IMG/VR virus record: IMGVR_UViG_3300032243_001106
Coordinates: 1-33,857 of that record
Length of the DNA: 33,857 nucleotides
Strand: one strand, 5' to 3'
Source of the DNA: a virus
Taxonomy: Duplodnaviria > Caudoviricetes
The number at the start of each line of letters is the position of its first letter. Position 1 is the stretch's first letter. A program made the translations under genes and the position numbers. Below, piece by piece: positions 17,819 through 26,519 of the stretch. The notes beneath the pieces were generated by a model. The model was not told the origin of the DNA. It saw only the letters and a program-made list of their open reading frames with translations, and made no database searches.

Positions 17819-18656
17819 CTTTAATTTCTTGTATTTTTTCTAGTTGTTGTTTTGTTAAATTTCTTGGAACTTCAATTTTAATTCTAATTAATAAATTTCC
17901 ACGAACTCGTGTACGCATATTAGGAACACCCTCGCCTCTACAACTTAATATAGTATCTGGTTGTGTCCCAGGAGGAACATTTATCGTAAGTGTTCGTCCG
18001 TCAACTGTTGCTACACTCACAGTAGATCCAAGCATAGCTTGCCATACATTTACAGTTTGTTCGGCAATGATGTCGTCGCCTTCTCGAGTAAATCCAGGTT
18101 GATGTCTAATGTATACATTAACAATCAAATCTCCAGCAGGCACATCCCGCATGCTGTGGTCACCCATGCCTTGATATCTAATCTGTTGTCCGTGTTGAAC
18201 GCCTGGCGGAATTGAAATGTTTACTACTTTGGTCTGTCCGCCCGGGATGTTTATTTCAGCATTTAGTTCTTTACCAAAAACTACATCTTCTAATGTCAAT
18301 TCGACCTGTACATTTACTGTACGATTTTTACGCATCTGATTTCTAAAACCAAAACCAAACTGACCAAATATATCATCCATTCCCGGAGCTCCACCAAAAT
18401 GGAATTCAAAGGGCTGTCCGCCGGCTTGGTGATAAAATCCGCCACCTTGATTTGCCTGGTTAGGATCCATGCCTGCATCAATCATCTGTTTCTTTTGTGG
18501 GTCGCTTAAAAAATCATAGGCCTGACTTACTTCTTTAAACTTCTTTTCATCGCCACCTCGATCGGGGTGATGTTTCATAGCCATACTTCTGTAGGCTTTT
18601 TTAATGTCGGCCTCGCTTGCGCCGCGTTGTAATCCAAGAGTTGAGTAATAATCCAT
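17808..18656 (-). CDS. dnaJ: DnaJ-class chaperone without Zn finger (class B/CbpA-like)
   Basis: J domain with HPD, G/F-rich linker, C-terminal domains (GDLIV, GNLLI); no CxxCxGxG. Confidence 0.9.
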   Translation of the reverse strand: MDYYSTLGLQRGASEADIKKAYRSMAMKHHPDRGGDEKKFKEVSQAYDFLSDPQKKQMIDAGMDPNQANQGGGFYHQAGGQPFEFHFGGAPGMDDIFGQFGFGFRNQMRKNRTVNVQVELTLEDVVFGKELNAEINIPGGQTKVVNISIPPGVQHGQQIRYQGMGDHSMRDVPAGDLIVNVYIRHQPGFTREGDDIIAEQTVNVWQAMLGSTVSVATVDGRTLTINVPPGTQPDTILSCRGEGVPNMRTRVRGNLLIRIKIEVPRNLTKQQLEKIQEIKDGI

Positions 18657-18665
18657 AGTCTTTAT

Positions 18666-18694
18666 ATTATATGATAAAAAAAGGACTGTGTCAA
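18666..18694 (-). promoter_or_regulatory. perfect-consensus sigma70 promoter for dnaJ-def-clpA
   Basis: TTGACA-17 nt-TATAAT. Confidence 0.85.
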
Positions 18695-18704
18695 GCAGTC
18701 CTTT
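18676..18704 (-). terminator. rho-independent terminator of the lysis unit
   Basis: AAAGGACTG/CAGTCCTTT stem ending in a T7 run on the minus strand. Confidence 0.8.
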
Positions 18705-18730
18705 ATATTTACTACAGATTTACTGATAGC

Positions 18731-18901
18731 TTATTTTTTCTTGGCAGGTTCTGGAACTTTTGTTCCTTCTACCTTTTTATGCTTTTTAGCTTTTTTCTTT
18801 TCAGCAGCTGATTTTTGAGCTGGTTCTTTTTTAGCTGTTTCAGCAGCAATAGCCGTTGATGCGAATACAGCTACAATTAATAATGCTAATAGTTTTTTCA
18901 T
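18731..18901 (-). CDS. small exported Lys/Ala-rich protein (56 aa)
   Basis: Manual translation MKKLLALLIVAVFASTAIAAETAKKEPAQKSAAEKKKAKKHKKVEGTKVPEPAKKK; Sec-type signal peptide; AAGGA RBS. Confidence 0.75.
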   Translation of the reverse strand: MKKLLALLIVAVFASTAIAAETAKKEPAQKSAAEKKKAKKHKKVEGTKVPEPAKKK

Positions 18902-18913
18902 AATTGTTCTTCC

Positions 18914-19360
18914 TTATAATGGAGCTCCAAAGCCCCCAGTTGACGAAGGCCCCAATTTACCACTGCTTGTTGTAACTGGAGTTATTGGTGCAGTACTGGG
19001 ACCGGAGTTAGTGAAGCCCCCTGCCGAAGGTTGGCGAAATGTTGTTGTGACGCTTTGACCTACGGCTTGTAACCCGCCCATCTCTGCCCCACTTAATTTT
19101 TCTTGTGTACGGCCATATGCTGCAATACCCAACACAGCACCCATAGCCAAGTGGAACAGGCCAGCACCTTGTAGAGTAATTGGATTCCACTGCGATTCGA
19201 CATGACCGTGATTGCCCAATGCTTGTAGTATACTCCACAATACTGGAAACAACATAAAGTCGCAGACACAGACTGACATATACATCCAGCCCATCATTGG
19301 ACGCCATTTACTACTCATCCAATCTTCTTTTTTTGATTCGCTTGTTACTTCTTCTGCCAT
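18914..19360 (-). CDS. holin (GTA-type 3TM holin-like)
   Basis: KWRPMMGWMY...LGIAAYGRTQEK motifs; TM segments; start at MAEEV with AAGGAG RBS; lysis context. Confidence 0.7.
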   Translation of the reverse strand: MAEEVTSESKKEDWMSSKWRPMMGWMYMSVCVCDFMLFPVLWSILQALGNHGHVESQWNPITLQGAGLFHLAMGAVLGIAAYGRTQEKLSGAEMGGLQAVGQSVTTTFRQPSAGGFTNSGPSTAPITPVTTSSGKLGPSSTGGFGAPL

Positions 19361-19380
19361 AATATTTTGCTCCTTATTTT

Positions 19381-19965
19381 TTAAAACCAAAGCCAAAGGC
19401 CTTGACTCATTAGTATTACACCCGCTCCACACACTGCAAAGCTGCCCCAGAATAGGGGCATACTAACAGCAAGAATGCTTGCAGATAGTAAAACAATTGA
19501 TAACTGATAGGCTGTACTAGCATAGCTCATCCATGGGCTACGCAGTTTAGCAGCATCTCGATCAGCTTCTAGTTTTTGAACACGAGTCAGAATATCTTTC
19601 ATGCCATCGTGTGCTTCGTTTTCGTAACGATCAATTTTGGCAGTTAATTCTGCAATACGCCTAGTATCATTAGACTTTTGCGCATCATATAATGCATATT
19701 CTGCGGCTGTCTTTTTAATGCTCTTAGCTTGATAAAAACTCCACTCGCTGCCTGCCTTGATTGTGTTGTTTAAGATAGTGCTAGAGTAGCTCCCTCCAAA
19801 GTATGCATTAACAGCAAGTAACAGCGCAAATACATTAATTACAAGACCTGCTTTATCTTTGATCTTTGCTTCACGCTCGCTACGACTGCCTACTGGTGGC
19901 TTTGGTGCTGCTGGGTCTTTCGGGGTTTTGTTGATTAGATTTAATACTGAATCTATTAGTGCCAT
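19381..19965 (-). CDS. DUF4337-like membrane protein
   Basis: TM - WSFYQAKSIK - coiled coil - 2 TM architecture. Confidence 0.6.
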   Translation of the reverse strand: MALIDSVLNLINKTPKDPAAPKPPVGSRSEREAKIKDKAGLVINVFALLLAVNAYFGGSYSSTILNNTIKAGSEWSFYQAKSIKKTAAEYALYDAQKSNDTRRIAELTAKIDRYENEAHDGMKDILTRVQKLEADRDAAKLRSPWMSYASTAYQLSIVLLSASILAVSMPLFWGSFAVCGAGVILMSQGLWLWF

Positions 19966-19995
19966 CTAGTTCGCTCCAAACTTATATACTATTAT

Positions 19996-20052
19996 TTATT
20001 TTTTTGGGTGTTTACCGCCACAAATTGGGCAACCTTCGTTATCAATGTTCAT
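19996..20052 (-). CDS. possible micro-ORF (18 aa) with CxxC...H
   Basis: MNIDNEGCPICGGKHPKK; ATGA overlap with the o-spanin stop. Confidence 0.35.
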   Translation of the reverse strand: MNIDNEGCPICGGKHPKK

Positions 20053-20318
20053 TTTATGCTCTCAAATATTTGTTTCTGTGACTTATACCATTCGGACCAC
20101 ATGTCGATCTTAATTTTACACTCTTGGTATTGGCCATAGTTTTCTGCTACTACCCCAACAACATCACTTAATTTCGTTGTATTGGGATCAACTAGTTTTA
20201 AATCAGGACATGCAACTAGCAAATCTGCTGGAACTTCAGGGAAGTGTCTTGCTACAGGAACATCTGCGCATCCCGTTAACAGTACAGCTGATAATAAAAG
20301 AATTAACAAACTTTTCAT
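20049..20318 (-). CDS. o-spanin (Rz1-like lipoprotein)
   Basis: Lipobox LLTGC; Pro-rich stretch; two further Cys; follows the i-spanin. Confidence 0.8.
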   Translation of the reverse strand: MKSLLILLLSAVLLTGCADVPVARHFPEVPADLLVACPDLKLVDPNTTKLSDVVGVVAENYGQYQECKIKIDMWSEWYKSQKQIFESIK

Positions 20319-20791
20319 TTCTTAACTCCCTCTACTGTGTCTTTTACATTTCTAGCAGCATCATTCAAAATACTAATTGCTTCTGGAGCGATCACGCACT
20401 GAGCATCTATCTTAGTTTCGACTTCTTTGATACGCTCTTTAATTACCACCTGAACTTCTTTAACTACTTTGTTCTTTTCTTTTAGTGCGCTGTTTAATTT
20501 ACTATTAGCTTCTTTACTTTTTTCTTCGCTAACAGCTACCTTGGCTTTTAGGGCTTCTGCTTCTGCTTTCCACAGTGCTGTAACACCAGCGCCACCGGTT
20601 AGATAAATGCCGCCTAATAGCAATGCAAGACCAATATACTTAATTGAATATCCGGCAAGTTTTGCCTGAGCAAAAGGAATAGCTTGAATAAATCCACTGA
20701 AGAAGTATAAAACAGCGCCAACACCGGATACTACAAACCAAAACCAAGTTGGTAATAATAGTAGCGTATGTTCAATAACCCATGTTAGCAT
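20315..20791 (-). CDS. i-spanin (Rz-like)
   Basis: N-terminal TM segments, coiled coil, C-terminal Cys; between endolysin and lipoprotein. Confidence 0.75.
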   Translation of the reverse strand: MLTWVIEHTLLLLPTWFWFVVSGVGAVLYFFSGFIQAIPFAQAKLAGYSIKYIGLALLLGGIYLTGGAGVTALWKAEAEALKAKVAVSEEKSKEANSKLNSALKEKNKVVKEVQVVIKERIKEVETKIDAQCVIAPEAISILNDAARNVKDTVEGVKK

Positions 20792-20793
20792 GA

Positions 20794-21423
20794 TTAAGCG
20801 CCAAACACCTGTAATGCATGATTATAATGCTGTTGGCGGTCTTCTAGACCAATAGTACCACCATTAATACGTTTGGTCATTGTTAGAATATCTCCGCTAT
20901 CTGCATACTGATTTAAGTTGTTTGTTTCCCAAAACCAGCAAGCTGATTGAATAGCACCTTCAAATGTTCCTAAAAACTCTGGGACTTCTTCGACAGGTGT
21001 ATCGATGCTTTCTGCAAATTTGGTGTAATTTTGTTTGCCTGTGAGTTGAATAAGACCTCTACCGCAATAACGATATCCATCACCGCTAGCTTCATCACCA
21101 TTGCCCATGCGTCCACCATAAACACGGTTGGCAATCTTTTCAGGCTGCTGAGCATATTGCTCAGCCAACTCATCAGTTGGGAAATACTTGGGAAATACCT
21201 TGCGCAGGGTAACAGCACGATAGTTTAAGTTTTCGTGTAAAGCTGTGAAGTTTCCGCTTTCGTGTGCGCACTGTGCCAGGAATGCAGCAACACGTTGAGG
21301 AGTGTTAATTTCGTAATCTGGTAAAATAGTGTTTAATGCACTATACCAATGATCAATGTATGGATTTTTTCCAATGCATTGACCTAATTGATCTTGTGTA
21401 AAGTTAAAAGTAAAATCACTCAT
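20794..21423 (-). CDS. GH19 endolysin
   Basis: AAFLAQCAHES, ENLNY, GRGLIQLTGKQNY, ACWFW, TKRINGG. Confidence 0.92.
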   Translation of the reverse strand: MSDFTFNFTQDQLGQCIGKNPYIDHWYSALNTILPDYEINTPQRVAAFLAQCAHESGNFTALHENLNYRAVTLRKVFPKYFPTDELAEQYAQQPEKIANRVYGGRMGNGDEASGDGYRYCGRGLIQLTGKQNYTKFAESIDTPVEEVPEFLGTFEGAIQSACWFWETNNLNQYADSGDILTMTKRINGGTIGLEDRQQHYNHALQVFGA

Positions 21424-22160
21424 TATTCCATCCTTTGTAGTACCATGGCCTTTTGACCATTTTCAAAAACAAAGCTGTCGCCAACCTTGTTGATATTGTA
21501 ATCACCTAATACTTTAGTTAGCCAGAATGTTTCTGCGGCTGCGGTATGATCGACTTCTATCGGATCCGAAATTCCTTCAAACATTGCTTCAGTATCTCCT
21601 TCTTTAATCATGCGAAGTTGAATACTTTGATTAAACGGTTTATGAATAGTGATGATATCACCATCTAATGTAAAATCATCCATTAGAGTCTTACTAAAAA
21701 ACTTCTTGACATCTTCGGTTCTATATTTGTTCATTAGTCCATCATATGCTGTTGCATTATCAGGAACTATTGATAATTCTTGTTCAGTTACTTCGTGGAT
21801 ACCGGCATGCTTATAATATCTAAATGTAAAATCTTCAATACCGGTAAGTTTACGAACACCATAGGTGATTTCTTTAATATGCTCGGCCAATCGAGTTGTT
21901 CTTGGTAATTCAACAAACACATTATATTCGCCTTGGTCGTTTTCACCTGAGCTAACATCAGCGTCAAGTACAAAAGAAAAACCTTTCTCAATAAATTCCA
22001 TTAGGTCTTTTGCAGGGTTACGATCTTTAACCATGAAACTCATTACACATACATCGCGATCCTCGCCCATCTTTGATTTGAAAGTATCTAATTCAAACAA
22101 GGGATATACCATATCTTTAAGATCGTCTGCGCGAAGACCCTCACTTAACATATTATGCAT
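21423..22160 (-). CDS. hypothetical protein
   Basis: Acidic ORF; start adjusted to MHNMLSEGL, overlapping the upstream stop. Confidence 0.7.
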   Translation of the reverse strand: MHNMLSEGLRADDLKDMVYPLFELDTFKSKMGEDRDVCVMSFMVKDRNPAKDLMEFIEKGFSFVLDADVSSGENDQGEYNVFVELPRTTRLAEHIKEITYGVRKLTGIEDFTFRYYKHAGIHEVTEQELSIVPDNATAYDGLMNKYRTEDVKKFFSKTLMDDFTLDGDIITIHKPFNQSIQLRMIKEGDTEAMFEGISDPIEVDHTAAAETFWLTKVLGDYNINKVGDSFVFENGQKAMVLQRME

Positions 22161-22671
22161 TTGTTGCGTCCTGTACTTGTTGTTCGCCCGCATCAATTTC
22201 GCTTGGAGCTACACCGTTTTGATTTACGATATCTTGAACTTTGTTCTGATCAAGATTTCTATGACCACGATTGATATCGTTCATTAATTTTTTAGGCATT
22301 TTAATTTTGACCATCCAAATTGGCTCACGGTCAATTTTACCTTTCTTTGTACCAGGACGAATATCGTCTGGCTTTTTGATCTTTCGAACTTTAGTCATAT
22401 AGCTTTCAGCATACTGAACTGAACAACCGTAATCCAATAGTTTCTCGCCACCCTTGGGCTCAGGCATTTTATCTTCTGGCCACATGAAAGTACACTCTAC
22501 AAAATAGCGGCTTTCGATAGGACCAGCAACTAATTCACCGCCTATCCAGTTATCGTAGACATAGATGTCTAGTTCGTCAATAACACGCTCGAAATCTTTA
22601 AGCAAATTTAAGCTGTTATTTGATCCGTAAATATTTTCTATATTAGAAATGATGTCTTTTAAATCGGCCAT
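22153..22671 (-). CDS. hypothetical protein (probable late gene)
   Basis: Start MADLKD with GGAG RBS; GATAAATA upstream. Confidence 0.75.
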   Translation of the reverse strand: MADLKDIISNIENIYGSNNSLNLLKDFERVIDELDIYVYDNWIGGELVAGPIESRYFVECTFMWPEDKMPEPKGGEKLLDYGCSVQYAESYMTKVRKIKKPDDIRPGTKKGKIDREPIWMVKIKMPKKLMNDINRGHRNLDQNKVQDIVNQNGVAPSEIDAGEQQVQDATNA

Positions 22672-22686
22672 ATCTTCTCCCATTTG

Positions 22687-22694
22687 TATTTATC
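22687..22694 (-). promoter_or_regulatory. late promoter motif GATAAATA heading the lysis operon
   Basis: Lies in the intergenic region divergent from phoH. Confidence 0.55.
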
Positions 22695-22818
22695 AGTCAA
22701 AAGAATAACGTAACTTATTAAATTCTGCCTAGATCGTTAAATACTTTTGTGTCCGAGTACGGACACTACGGTTACAAGGTCCGTGCTTAAACACTCTTAA
22801 AGGAGGGCTAACCTTAAT

Positions 22819-23562
22819 ATGAAGCGAAAAAGAGCGGCAATAATGAAGTCTAATGACTTCCAACATCAACAGCAAAATCACAACGTAATCAGTCTAGTTG
22901 AAAAACAACAGCAAAAACGTCCCAGAGTTCAAATATATCCCAAAAACCTAAGCCAAGAGAATTACCTATTAAAGCTAAATGATCCAAGCAAAATGATCAT
23001 ATTTGCTATCGGCCCAGCCGGTACAGGTAAAACCATGCTAGCGGTTCAGTGGGCTATAGATCAGCTCAAATACGGAAGTGCTGATAGGATTATTATTACC
23101 AGACCTGCTGTGTCAGTTGACGAAGAACACGGCTTTCTCCCAGGCGACCTAAATCAAAAAATGGAACCTTGGACTAAACCGATAATGGATGTATTCGCAG
23201 AAAACTATAATGCTAAGGATATAACTAACATGATAACCGAGGGGGTGATTGAAACCAGTCCACTAGCATATATGCGAGGCCGTACATTTAAGAACGCTGT
23301 CATTATTGCAGATGAAACTCAAAATGCCACGCCTAGTCAGATGAAAATGCTCTTGACTAGATTGGGAATAGGCTCTAAGATGGTTGTTACTGGAGATTTG
23401 CAACAAGCAGATCGCCCAAGCAATAACGGTCTATTAGAATTTTTAAAGTTGTTCAATAATTTCGAAAATCATAGATATGTAGATATCTGTCATTTTACTG
23501 TAGGTGACATTGAACGACATGAAGCAGTAAAGGAGATACTAGCGATTTACGGAGATTCTTGA
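22819..23562 (+). CDS. phoH: PhoH family ATPase
   Basis: GPAGTGKT, TRPAV, GFLPGDL, YMRGRTF, DETQN, TGDLQQAD, IERH; AGGAGG RBS. Confidence 0.95.
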   Translation: MKRKRAAIMKSNDFQHQQQNHNVISLVEKQQQKRPRVQIYPKNLSQENYLLKLNDPSKMIIFAIGPAGTGKTMLAVQWAIDQLKYGSADRIIITRPAVSVDEEHGFLPGDLNQKMEPWTKPIMDVFAENYNAKDITNMITEGVIETSPLAYMRGRTFKNAVIIADETQNATPSQMKMLLTRLGIGSKMVVTGDLQQADRPSNNGLLEFLKLFNNFENHRYVDICHFTVGDIERHEAVKEILAIYGDS

Positions 23563-23795
23563 GGAAGGTGGGGAGTAAGTTTTTCCCCTAACGTTCTTTT
23601 ATAAAACTCTAGCATGTCATCAAAACCGGCTTCTGGATTGAGGCCGTTTTTGATACACTTTTTTTCTTTGAAGTCAAGAATGACTTTGGCAGTCTGCAGA
23701 TGTTTACGTCTAACACTGTCTTTGAATTCTGTTACTTCCTCATGTTTGCCATTTGGCTTGAGATAGTAACTGACAATCATATATCTAGCAGACAT
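23547..23795 (-). CDS. hypothetical protein
   Basis: TAATG-coupled to the clamp loader; overlaps the phoH 3' end convergently. Confidence 0.7.
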   Translation of the reverse strand: MSARYMIVSYYLKPNGKHEEVTEFKDSVRRKHLQTAKVILDFKEKKCIKNGLNPEAGFDDMLEFYKRTLGEKLTPHLPQESP

Positions 23796-24715
23796 TATTC
23801 CACCAAGCGTGATAATTTGACTAACGTTGCTGCAAGATTAATTTCTGGATCAGCGCACACTACATGATCAACTAGGCCTGCTTTAATTACAATGATCGCT
23901 TGGTCTTGATTTTTAGCTTCACCGAAGATTTCTAAGTTATCGTAAAGCCAACGATATACCTCTTCCATTTCTTCTGCACGAATCTTCCCACAAAGTAATT
24001 TACGACCTTCTGTGATTTTTCCTGCCTTAAATAATGTCACCATATCAAACTTCCAGTCTGCTTCGCCGCCATCTGCTTTATTAGGAGCAGCAAGTTTACC
24101 TTCGTTGACATTTTGTTGAACAAGATTAATAGACTTACGTAAATCAGGATATGCAACTTTCACATATAAGTCTAAAGTATCAAGATCGAAATCTACATTT
24201 TCCTCGACCAGAATAGTAGCGACACGAGCAGTAAACTCAGTGATATCAGTCCGTTCAACATGAAATCCTTGACATCTAGAATGGATGGCAGGAATAATCC
24301 TATTAGGATAATTGCAAGTAAGAATAAATCTAGCGGTTGCATGATATTCTTCCATAACACCACGTAAAGCGGCTTGTGCGTTGGGAGACAGGTAATCTGC
24401 TTCATCTAATAGTACCACCTTAAAAGGACCGAACGGAATCATCTGTACAAAGTTAGTAATCTTATCACGAACGTCGTCTACAGAGTTAGTACGTGATGCG
24501 TTAATTTCTAGTACATCATAATCTTCAATGCCGAGCTCGTTTATGAGAACTTTAGCTAACGTAGTCTTACCAATACCAGCAGCACCACTTAACAATAAGT
24601 GTGGAATACTTTTATCTTTAATCCATGTATTGATCTGATTGCGTTGATGGTCATCTCTAAATACATAACCGTCAACTGTTTTCGGGCGATACTTTTCTAC
24701 CCATAAGTCTTTCAT
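23795..24715 (-). CDS. clamp loader AAA+ subunit (gp44/RFC small subunit-like)
   Basis: WVEKYRP, GAAGIGKT, EINAS, LLDEAD, SRC motif, DLRK. Confidence 0.93.
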   Translation of the reverse strand: MKDLWVEKYRPKTVDGYVFRDDHQRNQINTWIKDKSIPHLLLSGAAGIGKTTLAKVLINELGIEDYDVLEINASRTNSVDDVRDKITNFVQMIPFGPFKVVLLDEADYLSPNAQAALRGVMEEYHATARFILTCNYPNRIIPAIHSRCQGFHVERTDITEFTARVATILVEENVDFDLDTLDLYVKVAYPDLRKSINLVQQNVNEGKLAAPNKADGGEADWKFDMVTLFKAGKITEGRKLLCGKIRAEEMEEVYRWLYDNLEIFGEAKNQDQAIIVIKAGLVDHVVCADPEINLAATLVKLSRLVE

Positions 24716-24909
24716 TTATTATCGTCCCAAAGTGATCGTTGAGCTGGTGGATAAAATCCCTTCCAGCTATCTGGTGTAAACAGTTTAACAGGTTTCCAAT
24801 ATTTGTGCAATATATTATTGACTACAATAATTCCGCAGATAATTACAACACAACCTAATGCAAATAAAATACTGCCGGCAAGCCAAACAGCAGCTTGATC
24901 CATATTCAT
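24712..24909 (-). CDS. small membrane protein
   Basis: One long hydrophobic segment followed by HKYWKP; start adjusted to MNMDQ. Confidence 0.6.
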   Translation of the reverse strand: MNMDQAAVWLAGSILFALGCVVIICGIIVVNNILHKYWKPVKLFTPDSWKGFYPPAQRSLWDDNK

Positions 24910-24910
24910 G

Positions 24911-25144
24911 TTATACAATTTCCTCAGCAATTCCTAATAGTTCTGCCAACAATAATAATCCAGCAGCAATTTGTAAGTCGTAGTATGCTATGAAATAGCA
25001 GGCAACAATACGCAAACCGCTTTTAGCAAAGCTAACATATTTGTGACGTTTAGCGTTTGGATACGCTGTAGTGTCTGCAACATTTGAATCTAATGCTGCT
25101 TTTGCTTTTTTAATATCTTCTAATGCATCATCAAAATTACTCAT
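24911..25144 (-). CDS. small membrane protein
   Basis: C-terminal hydrophobic hairpin; AAGGA RBS. Confidence 0.65.
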   Translation of the reverse strand: MSNFDDALEDIKKAKAALDSNVADTTAYPNAKRHKYVSFAKSGLRIVACYFIAYYDLQIAAGLLLLAELLGIAEEIV

Positions 25145-25155
25145 TTTAAGTTCCT

Positions 25156-25908
25156 TTATTTTAGCCTACTCTGTTTGATAAGTTTTAATATCCTACGGCG
25201 CATTTTATATTGTTCAAAATATTCATAACACTTGTTTAATGACAAAATGCCTTCCGATTGTTTTTTCAACATTGTACATATTATAGCAGGATTTTGTTCG
25301 TTGAGCAAGTTAATTCTAGGATCATCAAACTCAATTAGGTTAACTTTTTCTTGAGTATTGAATTTGATATAGGCAAGTGCATCACCTTCTTCAATTTCAA
25401 TAGTTTCAATTTTTGGTTTGAAAATAAACGAAGGCTTACAGGCCGGTCTAAACCAACGTCCGATATCGTAACTAGCTGATATACTAAAGGTTTTTTCGGT
25501 AAAACCGTTATGATCATAGTATGGTGGAAGCTGTGTAGCCAACAGACTCTTTTCAGCAAAAAACAAATAGCCTAAACTCATTTGCATAATGCCAAAACGT
25601 CCTTGTGGATTTCCCAGGAAAGATTGGGCAAATGGAATACTTTGTCCCGCGATGTTTAAGCGATCACGCTTAACTTCAATACCCATACTAACTGGACTTT
25701 TAATAACAAATATATTTTTTAATTCGTCAACTACTGCCGGACAGCGTGATACATTTGGTCCAAAAAATTCTTTATAATCAATATGTTTGATCAATGGCTC
25801 GGGTGCCTGGACTCTTAGCGGAGATATAAAACAGTCCTCGCCGAAACCTTGCTTGACTAATTCGTCAACACCAGGCATTGACCTACACCAATAGACATTA
25901 ATTGCCAT
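25156..25908 (-). CDS. hypothetical protein
   Basis: 250-aa ORF (CPA, FVIKSP, YDIGRWFRP, GDALAYIKF); family not assigned. Confidence 0.75.
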   Translation of the reverse strand: MAINVYWCRSMPGVDELVKQGFGEDCFISPLRVQAPEPLIKHIDYKEFFGPNVSRCPAVVDELKNIFVIKSPVSMGIEVKRDRLNIAGQSIPFAQSFLGNPQGRFGIMQMSLGYLFFAEKSLLATQLPPYYDHNGFTEKTFSISASYDIGRWFRPACKPSFIFKPKIETIEIEEGDALAYIKFNTQEKVNLIEFDDPRINLLNEQNPAIICTMLKKQSEGILSLNKCYEYFEQYKMRRRILKLIKQSRLK

Positions 25909-26269
25909 TTAGAAATTGTCCTAATTGTGGCGGTTCCCAACCAATTGGTTTAAGAACTTTTCCATCATCGCGCTTGCGAACCTTGCCTGTTTCATGATCG
26001 ATCTTGGCAAAGTTTGTTTTCATTACTTCTTTCCAGGCACCTTCTACATCTGCACCCATGCTATGTAAGGCACCAATAGTCACAACAACGATATCGATAA
26101 GAGCATCGAGGGTTTCAACTCGATCAACATTATCAACAGCTACTTTAAGTTCTTTGAATTCTTCTTCAATTAGATTGGTGTATAAATTAAACTGCGCTAC
26201 ATTGAACTCGCCTGCACTCTGGTCGCAAGCCCGCATGAATTTTTCTTGATCGCGAAACGGATTAGTCAT
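25898..26269 (-). CDS. MazG-like/all-alpha NTP pyrophosphohydrolase
   Basis: LIEEEFKEL...ETLDALID motif, V..TNFAK, GKVRKRDDGKVLKP. Confidence 0.85.
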   Translation of the reverse strand: MTNPFRDQEKFMRACDQSAGEFNVAQFNLYTNLIEEEFKELKVAVDNVDRVETLDALIDIVVVTIGALHSMGADVEGAWKEVMKTNFAKIDHETGKVRKRDDGKVLKPIGWEPPQLGQFLNGN

Positions 26270-26279
26270 CTCTACCTCT

Positions 26280-26519
26280 TTATGATTTAAGTATTTTAAT
26301 TATACGTTTTTTTTCTTGCTCTGTCAACCACTCTTCTTCGCCATGAAACATTGGTGATTTTTTAATAGCTTCGTCGAGAGCAAATTTAAGTTCGTAGAGA
26401 TCTTTTTTGAGTTCAAAAGCAGTAAAGCCCTCATTATAAGGGCTTTTGCATTCACGTGCAAGTGCATGAATTTGGTTTAAAATTTCACTCATACTCCAAG
26501 ACTTTTTTTTGAGATGCAT
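26280..26519 (-). CDS. hypothetical protein
   Basis: 79-aa ORF, TAATG-coupled to groES. Confidence 0.65.
   Translation of the reverse strand: MHLKKKSWSMSEILNQIHALARECKSPYNEGFTAFELKKDLYELKFALDEAIKKSPMFHGEEEWLTEQEKKRIIKILKS

Noticed and set aside
15003-18656. Bacterial chromosomal or contaminating segment (clpA, def, dnaJ)
   Set aside because: Same strand, similar composition and overlap style as the phage neighbours; this is not a standard bacterial gene order.
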